A stretch of DNA of 64,000 bases from Octopus vulgaris (GCA_951406725.2 OX597815.1:26474001-26538000), one strand, 5' to 3'. Positions 13,504 to 27,382 are shown, counted from the stretch's first letter. The notes: generated by a model from the letters alone, not told the origin. A program made the numbers and translations.

Positions 13504-14379
13504 GTGAACCGTTCAAAATTTCTAGTAGTAATTAAGTTAGTGATCAACGTCTCTTGGTTCTAGATATTAACGTCACTTGGCTCTTTCAATAAAAAAAAAA
13601 ACGATTGATAAAATTAGTACTGGATTAAATACTCGGCTAAATACTGCTGAATATCGTGTCCCAGAAACATGTAAACTATTATAAGAATAGAAGAATCATA
13701 ATTAATTCTGTCCTTCCGAATCTATCTCATATATTCAGCTGCGTCAACACTTTCGACAACATTTGAATTAAGTTTCACGGTCGTAGAGTCCATGCTGGTT
13801 GAGGAATCCTCCTTTTGCGCTACTCTGTTTTAAACGGCAGAAAATACAATACACAAGTTGTAGTCTCTTCCTCGCCTTCTTAATAACCAATAATGTAGTT
13901 AATAAAATGAATTTGCATCTTAAAGCTTTATCTCAGTGATCGTACGTGTTGAATTATGATACAAAATCTCCTTTACTCCTAAATAGGGCTTTTTTAAAGA
14001 TCATGGAGTTTAGCCATAGCAGGATTTTAAATTAGCATTACAATATAACGGAAATTCTTCTCCATTATACATTACTCCAGAACAAAACCGAGCCAAAGAG
14101 AGAATTTCAACATAGTCGCCTCCCCGAAATCATAGCCTACTGTCTTGAAAATGGAAAGAGACCTATGTGTGTACGAATATATTATGCATTTCTAAAAGGT
14201 ATACATTATACTTTTAACATTAGCCTTTATCAAAATGAAAATCTCATTTTGATCGTAGGTCAGCTCTGTCATTACCGTACTGCTTTGCGATAAAACACCT
14301 GTTTATGGCTAAAAGGACAGGGCCAAGGATATCTAAAAGTCTATGTCAAGAATTCTGTTGTGTCTGGGGAGAGTCATTC

Positions 14380-14710
14380 CCTTTTGGTGCCTTAAAATTT
14401 AATACAGTCACCGGAAAATTTCCACTTATTTCTTTTTTATCTTGGATAAGATGTGGATGTCAAGTTGACCCAGGTTACCTCATGTTGATCCTTGGCATGT
14501 TGGTAGAGTATGGAGGACTGCTTTTTGTCATATTGTCTCAAATGTTCATTTAGTCGTTCCGCAATGCTCCTAGATGTATCCCTATGTATGTCATGCTCAT
14601 GACTTTACAAGCACTTTCTATGCATCTTATGCTGTAAACTACATTTCGAGTTCTACAGTTAATACCATGGCTAATCCTACATGCCATGCAGTTATCATTG
14701 GTGAGTGTGT
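14380..14710 (-). mobile_element. Penelope-like GIY-YIG endonuclease remnant
   Basis: Minus strand gives NCMACRISHGINCRTRNVVYSIRCIESACKVMSMTYIG, a frameshift, then DTSRSIAERLNEHLRQYDKKQSSILYQHAKDQH. This fits the pattern CxxC...NVVYxIxC...YIGxTxR...RxxEH. Confidence 0.8.
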
Positions 14711-15897
14711 TAAATTATAAGGTACCAAAAGAGAATGATTCTCCCCAGACACAACGGAATATGCTTCAACACACGAACTCGCATAAAGAATTTTGCAAAC
14801 CAAATCCCAAAACGAAATATGTCAAGAATTCTTATTCTGAAAATGATCTGTTTGCAGTTTCTGATTATGTATTTGTACATAAAAATAGAATATTTAAGGG
14901 GAGGGATACGTTACAGAATTAAGTTCTTATTACCTTATCTGGATGACATCAACAGAGACAGCAGGAAATATTTTAACTCCTATTTATTTGAAAACAATGC
15001 ACATAAAATAAGTAACAAACTCTACGTTGTCTGCATTGTGGTATCCAACCATTTTACACTTTATTCTTCGCAAGGGTTACACCAAGACTTGCCACCATCA
15101 CAATCAGAGACGCCAGATGTAACAACCTAGACAATTCGGCGACTTTGTGGCAGCCTGCGCAGAACTAGCGCCATTTGCATGACGTCCACTTTCGACCTCT
15201 ACGTAAAGTTAAAATTCAGAAAGTTAATACTCGGAAATTATATGTATGTAATGTATGTATGTATGTATGTATGTATGTATGTATGTATGTATGTATGTAT
15301 GTATGTATGTATGTATGTATGTATGTACGTACGTATGTATGTATGTATGTATGTATGTATGTATGTATGTATGTATGTATGCATGTCTGTATGTAGTTGT
15401 AAGTGTACACAGCTTTCTTCTATCCGGCTGATTTAAACTTTTAGCTGTGACCATGCTGGAGTACATAATTTATATAGATTTGTAAAGAAATCTTGACATG
15501 TAAATGTTTAAAGCCCAGATTTTCCCTTCTTGTTATGCCTATTTACTCACTATATTATGTTTTGTAGTGTTTTGTTTAGTTATTGATTGATTTATTCGTT
15601 TTCGCTTCAAAAGTAAATAAAACTGGTGTTTTGGGAAGTATGTTGCCGTGAAAACTTGATAGAAGTCTGATATTTGAAGATATAATCTAAAACCTGTGTA
15701 CATTTATTTGCATAAAAAGCATGTATTTAAACGAACAGTCTTGTAAGAATATGTGTATGTATATGTGTATGTGTGTGTTTTTGTGTATGCCTAAGTGTTT
15801 GTCTGTGCGTATGCGTATGCATACATGAGAAAATTTATGTTTACACATACACAAACACACAAGTACCTGTACATGCATATCTTCATACATACATACA

Positions 15898-15930
<33 letters not shown>

Positions 15931-16124
15931 GCATACACACACGAGCACAAATAGAGAAATGTATGGGTGTGATGTATGTGTGCGTGAGTGTGTGTGTGTG
16001 CGTAAATGTGTGTGAATAAACAAATGTATGCGCACATGTAAATACATAAGGTTGTATACCATGTAAACATTCCATATGTGTAGCTATGTATATGTTTCCG
16101 TAAACATATATGCGGGTATGTATG

Positions 16125-16163
<39 letters not shown>

Positions 16164-16196
16164 CATACATACATACATACATACATACATACATAC

Positions 16197-16260
<64 letters not shown>

Positions 16261-17065
16261 ACATTATATGTAGATATGAATATGCATATATATGAATATG
16301 CATATATATGAATATATATGTGAATTTGTGTGTAATGGGTGTAAGAATGTTTATGTATGTATGTAATTATTTACTGCCGAAACCATATTGTCTTTAAGTT
16401 TGGTAATATTCAAATATTGACTCTTAAGTTGTTTGCAACATTATTGGCGTTCTCTCTTTGTGAAACCAAGTGTAAATGTAAAGAATTGTTTGTTTCGTTG
16501 TATGCTGACATCTTAGCGAAATTACATGTCTTGAGATACATGGATGATTTCCAGCTTCCTTAAGCCTCTTTTGAATCTTTCATGTTTGAGCGAAATATTT
16601 AGATAGTCGAGTGTGTATACTGATTAGTATACTGTTTTTGTTCGACTTTTTTGTTTTATTTTGTTTTGTTTCGTTGTTGTTGTTGTTGTTGTTGTGTGGC
16701 AGTTGTTGTTTCTGCTTTTAAAGATGAAATATTCATTGACCTGAAGCATTTGCCTTGGCAGTAAAAAAAATATCTTGACAATATCTCAACTTTCTTCGTT
16801 CAGAAGTTTCACCGTACCTGTGTTACAGAAGACAGGAAAATATGCTTAATTGAAAATGTCTCACACACAACCTTATGATTCTACACCAAATCAATGCTCC
16901 CCTTAATCCTCATACCAGCACCATAATCATACTTTATAAAAGCCAGTAGTTATTTCCTAATTGATATTTCGCAATAAATTCCTCATGCCACACTGCATAT
17001 CAAATGACTCTCGTTCTCTTTCGCCTCTCACTCTATTTCTCTTTCTGTTTATCTACCTACCTACT

Positions 17066-17119
<54 letters not shown>

Positions 17120-17122
<3 letters not shown>

Positions 17123-17915
17123 ACTGGTCTGATCAATAAGTATACGGACTGTTGCCATAGTAACCACGCTAAAGGAAAGAGAGTGAAGCCGCTTGACACA
17201 AATTGACTTTGAATTCTGCTGTGCCTACACACTAAGTTTTAACCTTCTAACTCTTCCGCTGTTTGCAGCAGTGCCTGGAAAGAACGCGTGTAGCGTGTGA
17301 TTGTCACATTGACCCTAACAGAGAAAGTTGAGAAGAGAATCTACATCAAATTTCGCCAAAAAGGTTGGCGATACCTGCTCAGAGGCCAACGCAAAGTTTC
17401 AAAAAAGTTTTCATAGTTCTCGAAAACAATCAAGGAGATCTTGTGCAACTAAAACCCGAGTGTCTTTTTGGTCAGAAGAAACCAGTTTTGATACAAACTT
17501 GACAGACACGTGTCTCATGCCCAAATTTTCATTGATAATGGACTGAACTGAACCCTAACTAATCTGCACATCCTCTGATAACTCACGTGTGGTGGTTCGA
17601 CGATTTCTCCTCACAGCTGCACGCATATCTGCGATGCTTTTTTCTCAGTTCTGCTGGTTTTTGGTCTCGCAGAACGCTCGTCAATATCGACATTTATTCG
17701 GCTATCTTGGAAACGTCTGAACCACTCGTACACTTGTGTGCGGCTCATAAACTCCTCTCCATATACTTTCTGCAACTTTGCATAGGCCTCTGAGCGGGCA
17801 TCACCATGGCAATTTTCTCTGTCATGGTCAATGCGACGATCACACGCTACACACCTTTCTTCCAAGCACTGTTGTAAACAGCGGAAGTGAGCTAGGATGT
17901 TAAAATTTAGTGTAC
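17120..17915. mobile_element. Rearranged mariner element with two inverted 5' arms
   Basis: TA plus a TIR-like CACTGGTCTGATCAATAAGTATACGGACT at 17120. The plus strand encodes VEKRIYIKFRQK. The minus strand encodes SEAYAKLQKVYGEEFMSRTQVYEWFRRFQDSRINVDIDERSARPKTS and GSVQSIINENLGMRHVSVKFVSKL (Mos1-type HTH). 17226-17330 is the reverse complement of about 17811-17915. Confidence 0.9.
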
Positions 17916-17955
17916 TATATACACCATATCGACTTATTCATTTCGACTGTATGTA

Positions 17956-18008
17956 TTATTTACAGGATTGTAAACTCGGCACCGTATAAAAAAACATTCG
18001 TACCGAAA

Positions 18009-18046
<38 letters not shown>

Positions 18047-18232
18047 TTTCGGTATACTTTCTATGCTCATATATTTATATATGTACTTATGTATGCATAT
18101 ATATGTACACATATATATCCATCTTTGATCCATTGTGTTATGTTTCTTGCCCATTTTTATTTTTCTTACAAACCATATCACATATGATAATATACAATAA
18201 ACTTATGAAGCTCCATGCACAAAAACGTGCAT
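17956..18232 (+). repeat. Local direct repeat, copy 1 (copy 2 at 20699-20928)
   Basis: TATTTACAGGATTGTAAACTC...GTACCGAAAGTATA...TCCATCTTTGATCCAT...CATGCACAAAAACGTGCA is shared by both copies. Confidence 0.9.
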
Positions 18233-18383
18233 GAATGAACACTTATGGTTTTGATTATGCCGACGCGCATGCGTGTGTTGAATTGGTGGTAAATTTGTTT
18301 CTGTGTAAATGGTTTTTGTATTGCAATGTCTGGGTGAGTGCAACGCGCTGGTGTATGTATGTGTGTGTGTATTTGAGAGAGAC

Positions 18384-18416
<33 letters not shown>

Positions 18417-18721
18417 GACAGACAGACAAAAACAGAGAGAGATAGAGTTTCTAATGTCAACATGTGTGCGATGGTTTAAGTGAGACCACTCATGTTTGAG
18501 TACATTTGGTAAATAAGGTTGGTTTAACAGTGCAGTCTATGTTTATATGTGTACTTGTCCCTTCGTGTGCGCGCATGTTTTTATATGTGTGTGTGTATGT
18601 CTGTAGATTTGAGTCCGTATGTATCTGCGTGTGAGGGGATGGTGCATGTGCTCACATGCGTGTGTGTAAGTGAGAGAGAGAGAAAGAGAAAGAGAGGTTG
18701 TGTGAGCGTTGTATCTTAGAT

Positions 18722-18900
18722 ATATTGGTTTCAAATGTTGGCACAAGTCTAGCAATTTCGGGGAAATCAACTGATACTTATTTTATCGACCGCGAAAGGA
18801 TAAAGAGCAAAGTCGACCTTGGTAGAATTTTAACTCAGAACGTAAGGATTGACGAAATGTCACTAAGTATTCTGCCCGACGTGCAAACGATCCAACCAGC
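18722..18900 (-). mobile_element. SINE family A, degenerate
   Basis: TACTTATTTTATCGACC...GCAAAGTCGACCTTGG...AACTCAGAACGTAA matches 6760-6898. Confidence 0.75.
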
Positions 18901-19856
18901 ATGCAGTTTTCTATCTTAGAAATTATACCAGTATGTCATTTAGCTTCAGAGATCGATCGATCTTGATCGATCAGGTCCATGTTCGAACACTTTCCAGGCA
19001 TTACCATCTCAACTTTTCAGACATCGTCGTTCCTTTCTATTTTCTAATTTTTTTTAAAGAGAAAGAAACATGAAACAGTGTAATTTGAAATAGTCATGGC
19101 TGCTCTTTCTAGAAAGTGGAGCGGGCCTGCAGGTGCTCCCACTGTTATTGGCTAGAAGAAATATCGCTGTGTATATATGCAAATGTAAATATACTACTAC
19201 GTAAATAATTTTTGTGTGTTTACACTATCAACCAAGTCAATTATATCCCAATGAGTGTAGATGTAGATATGTTTGAGTGTGTGCATGAGAGTTATAGAGG
19301 TGAGGATGGGCATTTATGCAAGTCTAAGCAGGGTATTAAGGAGGCAAGTATACTGCTTTTTAGTGTGACAGTATATGTGTAATTATTTGGTCTCGTACCC
19401 ACACGCGTAGAGACAGAATTACACATAAACACTGGGGAACACTCAATACACACGCAGATATATAAATACTGTCATGTACTTGAAGAAAGGTAAGAAGCAG
19501 ACACAAGTACACACTCTGATGTAACAGATATTCAAGTATAAATACTAATATATGATCTTGATGATGTTCGTGTTTATATATGCGTACATATAGATATGTC
19601 TGTCTGTGTGTGTGCTTGTGTGCGTATATGCGTATATCTGTATGTATTATGTTTGTATGTATATATGTATATATATATACATATATGTGTGTGTGTATGT
19701 ATACACACATATATATAGACACTCACACACACATACGCACACAAAGATACATGATCCATTATATATGCATTTATATGTATATTATGTATATATTTTCATA
19801 ATATACAGGTATTCATATATATATATATATATAAATATTTATATATATATATATAG

Positions 19857-19940
<84 letters not shown>

Positions 19941-20261
19941 GGGAAATAATTGTGGTACAATGTACAAATGGGCAACAGCAATGTCTAAAAAGTACTTAAT
20001 AGCGAGTGTAGAGTTTTTAGCTGAATAAATCATGACGCTAAATAGACTGACCATTACTACTAAACCATAAATCCATTTATCCATTCCTTGAAATAGTAAA
20101 TGGATTTTCGTTGGTTTCGCTGATGATTAATTACCTGCTCATTGAATCAGGTTACATGTAGATGACCATTCAGACACATGTACTTACAACATAGTCCTCG
20201 CCATAGCCCATATAGACTCCGTCCATCCAATTCACTAACATATATCATGATAGATCGGTAG

Positions 20262-20372
20262 CCACTACACGCATTTTTTCTCTCCTTGTTTTTTTTTTTT
20301 TTGTGTCCCTTTCTGTAGAAGAGCGTAGGCTCGAAACGTAAAAGACTTTTTCAATTTCCTGAGCGTTATAAT
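20262..20372 (+). mobile_element. Penelope-like terminal fragment with a degenerate minimal hammerhead (20309-20344)
   Basis: CTTT-CTGTAGA-A-GAGC-GTAG-GCTC-GAAACGTA-AAAG; related to the motif at 51400-51435. Confidence 0.55.
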
Positions 20373-20393
20373 GTATGTATGTATGTATGTATG

Positions 20394-20427
<34 letters not shown>

Positions 20428-20698
20428 TGTATGTATGTATGTATGTATGTATGTATGTATGTATGTATGTATGCTTAAAGGTTATGGCGATCACCGTGCA
20501 ATGACTAAGGAAAATAGTCTAATAAAGGGGCATATAAGCCCTCAACAGAAAAAAGGCCTTCCTCTCCGCGTGGGATTGGAAAGCCTTCTTTTTACTGTCG
20601 AGGGCTTATATGCCACTTTATTTGATTATTTTCCTTCAGTCATTGCACGCTGATCGCCATAAGCTTTAAGCTTATAGTAAAAAAAATACCATTATTAT

Positions 20699-20928
20699 TA
20701 TTTACAGGATTGTAAACTCTGCACCGTAGAGAAAAATAAATTTGTACCGAAAGTATATATATATATATGCTCATATATTTATATATGTACTTATGTATGC
20801 ATATATATATACACACATATATGTCCATCTTTGATCCATAGTGTTAAGTTTCTTGCCCGTCTTTTTATTTTCTTACAAACCTTATCACATATGATAAACT
20901 CATGAAGCTTCATGCACAAAAACGTGCA
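20699..20928 (+). repeat. Local direct repeat, copy 2
   Basis: Aligns to 17956-18232 with scattered mismatches; lacks the palindromic insert seen in copy 1. Confidence 0.9.
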
Positions 20929-21403
20929 AAAGCGTGCAAATGCATGGAAAATCGGAAGAATATGTGTATTCATGCGTATGTCATGTATTTATGAACTTAG
21001 ATGAAGACATGTGAGTCTGTTCGTTTAGTATTTCATAATTTGTTCTTATTTTTTATCTTTTACAGTAATTTATATACTTAATTGCTTTGTTGCTAATTGT
21101 TGCAGTATTAATCGTTAACCCAAATGTTTTGTACCTTTTCTTATCATTCAACTAATAAACTATTTAAAGAGGATTAAGTAATACTTTCTTTGCAAAACAA
21201 TCTCCTATTTATATAACAAATAACTGAGAGATATTTTTGGCTACGTAGAAATAGAACTGAAAAGAAAAGAAACATCAAGGAAGACCAAGAAGTTTAATTT
21301 TAAACAGGCGAATCAAGAAACATAAGCGTTTCTATTCAACTGTAAATATGACGGTATTATATGAGTAAATAAAATGGTTTTTTAATATTTTGTTTTTTAA
21401 CAG

Positions 21404-21593
21404 AAAGGATGCCCTCTGCTGCTAAGGAAATGTGTGCAGGATGCCACCGTCCTATCGAGGATCGTTTTCTCCTGAAGGTGATGGAAAACTCTTGGCATGA
21501 GCATTGTTTACAGTGTTCAATGTGCCATATACCTCTATCTGTGTCTTGTTTCTGTCGAGACCGAAAACTATACTGCAAAGTCGACTATGACAA
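21404..21593 (+). CDS. Lmx1: Coding exon for the LIM1 domain of an Lmx1-type (LMX1A/B-like) LIM-homeobox transcription factor
   Basis: Polypyrimidine acceptor TTTTGTTTTTTAACAG ends at 21403 and the donor AA|GTAAG starts at 21594. The peptide [62 protein letters not shown] has the pattern CX2CX17HX2CX2CX2CX16CX2D. RPIxDRFL, SWHExCLQC and [15 protein letters not shown] match LMX1 LIM1 as I recall it. The exon has a phase 1 start and a phase 2 end. Confidence 0.92.
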
Positions 21594-21834
21594 GTAAGAT
21601 TTTCGTCTTTGTTTCTGTATTTGTCTGTCTGATTTGGGGGGGGGGGGGTTGCTCCTTTACTTTGGTGATTAATATTTTGCATTCAGCTCTTGTGACTGTC
21701 TTGCAGCTCAGCTTTGCACTCATCCTTTCGTGATCGTGGTCGATCACGGAAGCACCGTCAAGCACGAGATCGATGTACTCGACTAATTCCGCCCTCCGTA
21801 ATTGCTGGCCTTGTGCCAAATTTTGAAGCCATCA

Positions 21835-21871
21835 TTATCATCATCATCATAATAATTATTATTATTATTAA

Positions 21872-21928
<57 letters not shown>

Positions 21929-21942
21929 CATTATTATTATTA

Positions 21943-21974
<32 letters not shown>

Positions 21975-21981
21975 GTTGTTG

Positions 21982-22055
<74 letters not shown>

Positions 22056-22056
22056 T
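21835..22056. repeat. (ATT)n microsatellite
   Basis: About 220 bp of ATT with ATC/GTT variants. Confidence 0.95.
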
Positions 22057-22519
22057 GATGAAAACTCTCAGTTTATTTTGCTGGATATGATGGAAAGTGT
22101 CAGCTGTCCACAGCCAGCAGACTAAGGTGACACTTGTTTACCGATCATGCTTCAAGAACCCTGCAGAGAATTCTTGCAGTTACAAGCAATGATGATTTTT
22201 GTATGTGTTCTACCTTTACATTTGTACCAATCCTTTTTAGCCATGTCGGCAGTTGAGTGCTGATACTTTCAAGCACGGCAATTACCATTGGTATCATGTC
22301 CACTCTCTTCACTGCCCACAACCTGCATGTATCCCACTTCAATTCATCATAGTTGTTCATTTTTTATTCTTCTTTCTCTTCGATCCTGTTGTCACCGGGA
22401 CATGCTATGTCGATCATCATGCATGGTTTTTTTTTCTCTTTTTTGCTCACTACAACAATGTCTGGTTTCCGACGTCTGATCTGGTGGGCGCATCCCATAG
22501 GATTTTGCAATTTTCGTTC

Positions 22520-22520
<1 letters not shown>
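22057..22520 (-). mobile_element. R4/Dong-like non-LTR retrotransposon 3' end (restriction-like endonuclease domain)
   Basis: Minus strand, with frameshifts: NENCKILWDA, RRKPDIVVV, CMMIDIACPGDNRIEEKE, NNYDELKWDTCRLWAVKRVDMIPMVIAVL...IQKSSLLVTARILCRVLEA*. A short 3' UTR ends directly in (TAA)n. Confidence 0.85.
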
Positions 22521-22843
<323 letters not shown>

Positions 22844-23993
22844 TTGCTTTTGTGATGTATGTTTTCAAACTATATGCTTTCTAGTTCTAGCTACTCTGAA
22901 CATTTACCATTTTTGAGATATTTCATTTGCCAGAGGACAGCAATTCTTTGTCTATCTATGCGCTGCTTAATATCCAGACGATCCCAGATTTGAAATACAC
23001 TATATTGTTACTAAAGTATAGATGTTCTGCGTTACTAGTTTCGTGCATCAACAAAGAATGCATGTGAATGTTTGAGTCTTCCTAAACAACTGCTGCATGT
23101 GTGTAAATGTTTAATCTAAAAGTCTGATTTCAATTATGTCTGTTGTTATCAAACATATTTTACCTGAATAGTGCTTCAAGTCTGCCAGGCTAAATCACAT
23201 AACCGATCACATAACAGTGAAACAAATCGATTTCTTCGGCTTGCAATATATTGATTCTTTCGTTAATATAACCCTGTCTTTATTTCTATAACAATTTTCT
23301 GTCCATGGGGGAGGGGATGAGGATTCTATTTATATTTATGGGAAAGCAGTCAGAAAATTCATGTATTTATGAAATTCCATGTATAGTGATTTCCTCCAAA
23401 GATAAGGGAAAATACCTACAAATATATTATTGATTTCTTATACATGGACACACCCACATATTTTCAGTGTGTGCCATTCAGGTGATTTTTCAGACGTGGA
23501 ATGGTGAAATCCAACGAAATCTAATGAAATGCAGTGGAATGTAATGACACGGTAACAACCGGAAAACGAAACGGCTTCCGAAACTATTTTAGTCTGTTCA
23601 TTTTCGAATACCATTCTTCTCCAACTTTACTTCCTTACACGCAGAACTGTATAAGTGTTGTAGAGTGATGGGAAGCTTCCGCAAATCTGTGTTTGCAATG
23701 CGGTTTCGATTTCTAGATTGCGCAATATTACTTAAGTCGGGTCTCGTATAATTGTTTGAAATGTATTGGTTTCTACCCTGCTACAGTTTTCTCCTGGATA
23801 ACAGTGTCATATTTCTATTATATGTACATCTTACACATATAGACATGTTTATAAATTGTGTGTGTGTGTAAATTCATACATACATACATACATACATACA
23901 TACATACATACATACATACATACATACGTACATACATACGTACATGAGTACGTACGTACATATATACATACATTTATATGCTCAATGCACGCA

Positions 23994-24036
<43 letters not shown>

Positions 24037-25110
24037 CTTACCTTGGGACATTTCATGTGCATATCAGGCCATTGAATTATTTTTGAAATAGACTTATATG
24101 ATTGTTGGTTAGTATTTTGGGAAGACTGATAATAGTGTTCGAAGAATTCGCAGAAAATTTCTGATAGCAGTCGTGATAGGGAATGCTTGTGCAATGAATC
24201 TCGACCTATGATACTAAACAACAACAGCATGGAACGGACCGTCGCGAGTTACATTTCCTGGATCCCTGACAGCAGAGCGCCAGTCGTATTTATATGTTTG
24301 AGCCTAAGACAAAGCACCACGGGATAAAACTTTCAAGCTGTTGTCTTTAATTCTTCCTCGTTTGTGCAATCTCAGTCTTTGTCCTCATTCTTGCCAGGTT
24401 GACCTGATAGAAAGAGTAGCATATACCACGGTTCCCGCACTTTAAGGAATCCGCTATAGATTTACAGTAGTACAACACTGCTTCCAACTTTTATATACGA
24501 CTTGGTGCTTATGATAGGCTCAATATTCGGAACACTTCCAAAATCCAATATACTTCAAATTAGGCAAATTACAATAATCAAATCGAATGGCAACCATAAA
24601 TGGGCAGATTTACATCATTTTTGTCGTAAACTAATTGATAAACTTGCCGTTCTATTCCTCGATGTTCATGCATTAAACTTGTCATTCAATAATTGAGCAT
24701 AATTATTATTTTTCTCATAAATAAGATCGGTTGAACAAATCAGATATTATCGACAATGTAATGATAAACATCCTCATTAAATCAAATCAGGATATTTAAA
24801 CAGGTAAGACACATTTTATTGTGTACAATTTCTACTTTATTTCGTTAAGCAAAACTATAACACAAGTTTAAATTAATACAGTCCTATATACAATGTTAAA
24901 CCACACAAAGAAATTTGTTATATTAAGGTTATGCATTAGACGAGAATATTTAACTTGTACATCTTAGTAGCTTAATTAACAATACTCTACATTAGTAAAT
25001 TCACGTAAAGTTATAGGGTTCAGGTTATCTTCTATTATGTTTAAAAACAGATCAGGAACTACAGAGAAGGGATCACATCCAAAATCGTCGTAGTATTTAC
25101 CACGCATGTA

Positions 25111-25191
<81 letters not shown>

Positions 25192-26148
25192 ATGTGTGTG
25201 TGTATGTATGTATGTGTGTATGCATGCATGTATGTATAGCGTTAGATATAATAAAAGAAGCGGAGCTTTTGTATTCATTTCCACTGCCAACACCTGCACA
25301 ACTAGCTGATATATATACACTGGCCCTTCAACTATACATTTGGAACCAGAAAAAAGTTATGGTTTGATAAAACAGCTAGATTTTATTTTTTATTTAGGGT
25401 TCCTTAGAATATTTGTTTCTTCAATTAAAAAAAAAATTTTACCTAGAAATTATTGATTACAAAATGAAGTTAGATCTCCTAACATTTCTGAAGGCTAGGG
25501 CGATAGAAAAATTGAAACCCCGTAGTTTAATAATCAATCAAACAAAAGTGGGTGAATATTATGAAGCAGAAACACTTAATATGCGTGTCTTATTGTTGTT
25601 GTCGTTGTTGTCGTTGTCGTCATCGTTTAGCTCTAGTTTAGCCTTGATCGAGTAGAACTATAACCAAAGGCATCCCAGTCGCTAACATCCCATCTTTCTT
25701 TTATCTCACACGTTATATCTGGTATTAAATTATCTACGGTGCCATTCTATTCTTAAGAAAATAGAACTTCATTTAAGGGTTACTTGACTGCCGTCTCCTG
25801 CAAATTGAACGGTCACCTACTGGCTTCCTCGTCGTCTAGTGACTAAATATGATGGCCAGAGATGAGGAAAGATAGTAAAGTGTACGCAGAAATAGATATT
25901 CGGAGGCAATTGTATCTACGTAGCTTCTACAACTAGACGACGCTGAAGCACTTGAGTAGCTTTCTGTGTTGAGAAGTACGCAGGTGCTTGATCTTCTATC
26001 CAGCCCTCCTCTCTTCAATCACATTAATCTCTGGGTCAACAACTGCAGCCACCGGGGTGAATTAGTTCCCTATGCATATATGTAAATATATTTGTATGTA
26101 CATATGTGTATATGTGTGTGTGTGTGCATACAAACAGATACACACGCA

Positions 26149-26207
<59 letters not shown>

Positions 26208-26220
26208 GAATACAACTATT

Positions 26221-26285
<65 letters not shown>

Positions 26286-26580
26286 GTGTGTGTTTTTGTA
26301 TCTATGCGTATGTGTGTACATGCATAAATATAAGCATACTTACATTTATACAACCATACAAGATGTATATATACATATATTTATGTGTACATATATGTAT
26401 ATACGGACATATGCACGTGTGCTCACTTACGTATGGAAAGAAATCTACCTAGATTGGTGGAGTGTTAGTCTTGGGTAAATTCTCTACAATCTGAGACGAT
26501 GAAGTGAAATGCTCTGGCCGCCATGGTTAGTGGACTAACTCAGCTCAGTCCAATATACAATTTTCTTTGTGTATTTTAGA

Positions 26581-26800
26581 CAAGTGCTACTCCAAGTGGT
26601 GTCCGCGGACAGGTGCCGCTCCGCTAGCCATCAGCCGCCGGTACGCAGCAGGCTTCCAGAAAAGAAAGTAACCTTATAAAATACTTAGAAAATGCTTATA
26701 AAATGCTGGTGTAATATTGTATTATTTGTTTGCAAAATGAATAAAAGATTTTTAAAAATCGTCAACTTTTATTACATTCAACAAAAGAATCGATAGAATA
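26581..26800 (+). mobile_element. Probable hAT (Charlie-like) terminal fragment
   Basis: CAAGTGCTACTCCAAGTGGTGTCCGCGGACAGGTGCCGCTCCGC resembles hAT-Charlie termini (CAGTGxTxCTCAAAGTGTGGTCCGCGGACC); no partner end was found. Confidence 0.4.
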
Positions 26801-26814
26801 TGTACTAGAGTTAC

Positions 26815-26920
26815 AAAGTATAAGTCCTGGAATCGATTTCTTTCGGTAAAACCTTTTAAGGTGGTGCTCCAGCATGGCCGCAGTCAAATTACTGAAACAA
26901 GTAAAAAAAAATAAAAGAAT
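26815..26920 (+). mobile_element. SINE family B tail fragment
   Basis: TAAGTCCTGGAATCGATTT...GGTGGTGCTCCAGCATGGCCGCAGTCAAATTACTGAAACAAGTAAAA. Confidence 0.8.
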
Positions 26921-27382
26921 ATATTATTTAAAACAGTTTGATCATGTTCCGTGCGACTTAAAGATTCGTGGGCCTCTAACAGAAGCCCATCTCTTTCAGG
27001 CTGAAAGAGACGTGCTTCTGCATGTGCAAAACTTATTAGTTAATGGTTCCACATACTGAATACCAGAAGATTATGGGGTCATCTAGAAGAGAATACACGC
27101 TGTCCGTCTCTGGGTCTCCGTTCGACTGTTTTATTGCGCACCGACCCTCCTCACTGATGTAAGAACCCCTCTGCCAGATAAATTTGGATCAATGTTCTTC
27201 TATTTACTTCTCTTCATTTCTTCTTAGACATATTCACTGGCCTGCCCTCTAACGAAGGCTTGGCTATCTGTCATGTATATATGTATGCATATAAGTAAAT
27301 ATGTATAGAGATTATCATCCATATTTGTATACATGTATGTATATGTATCACATATACTTATATATATAAAAAAATAAATAAA

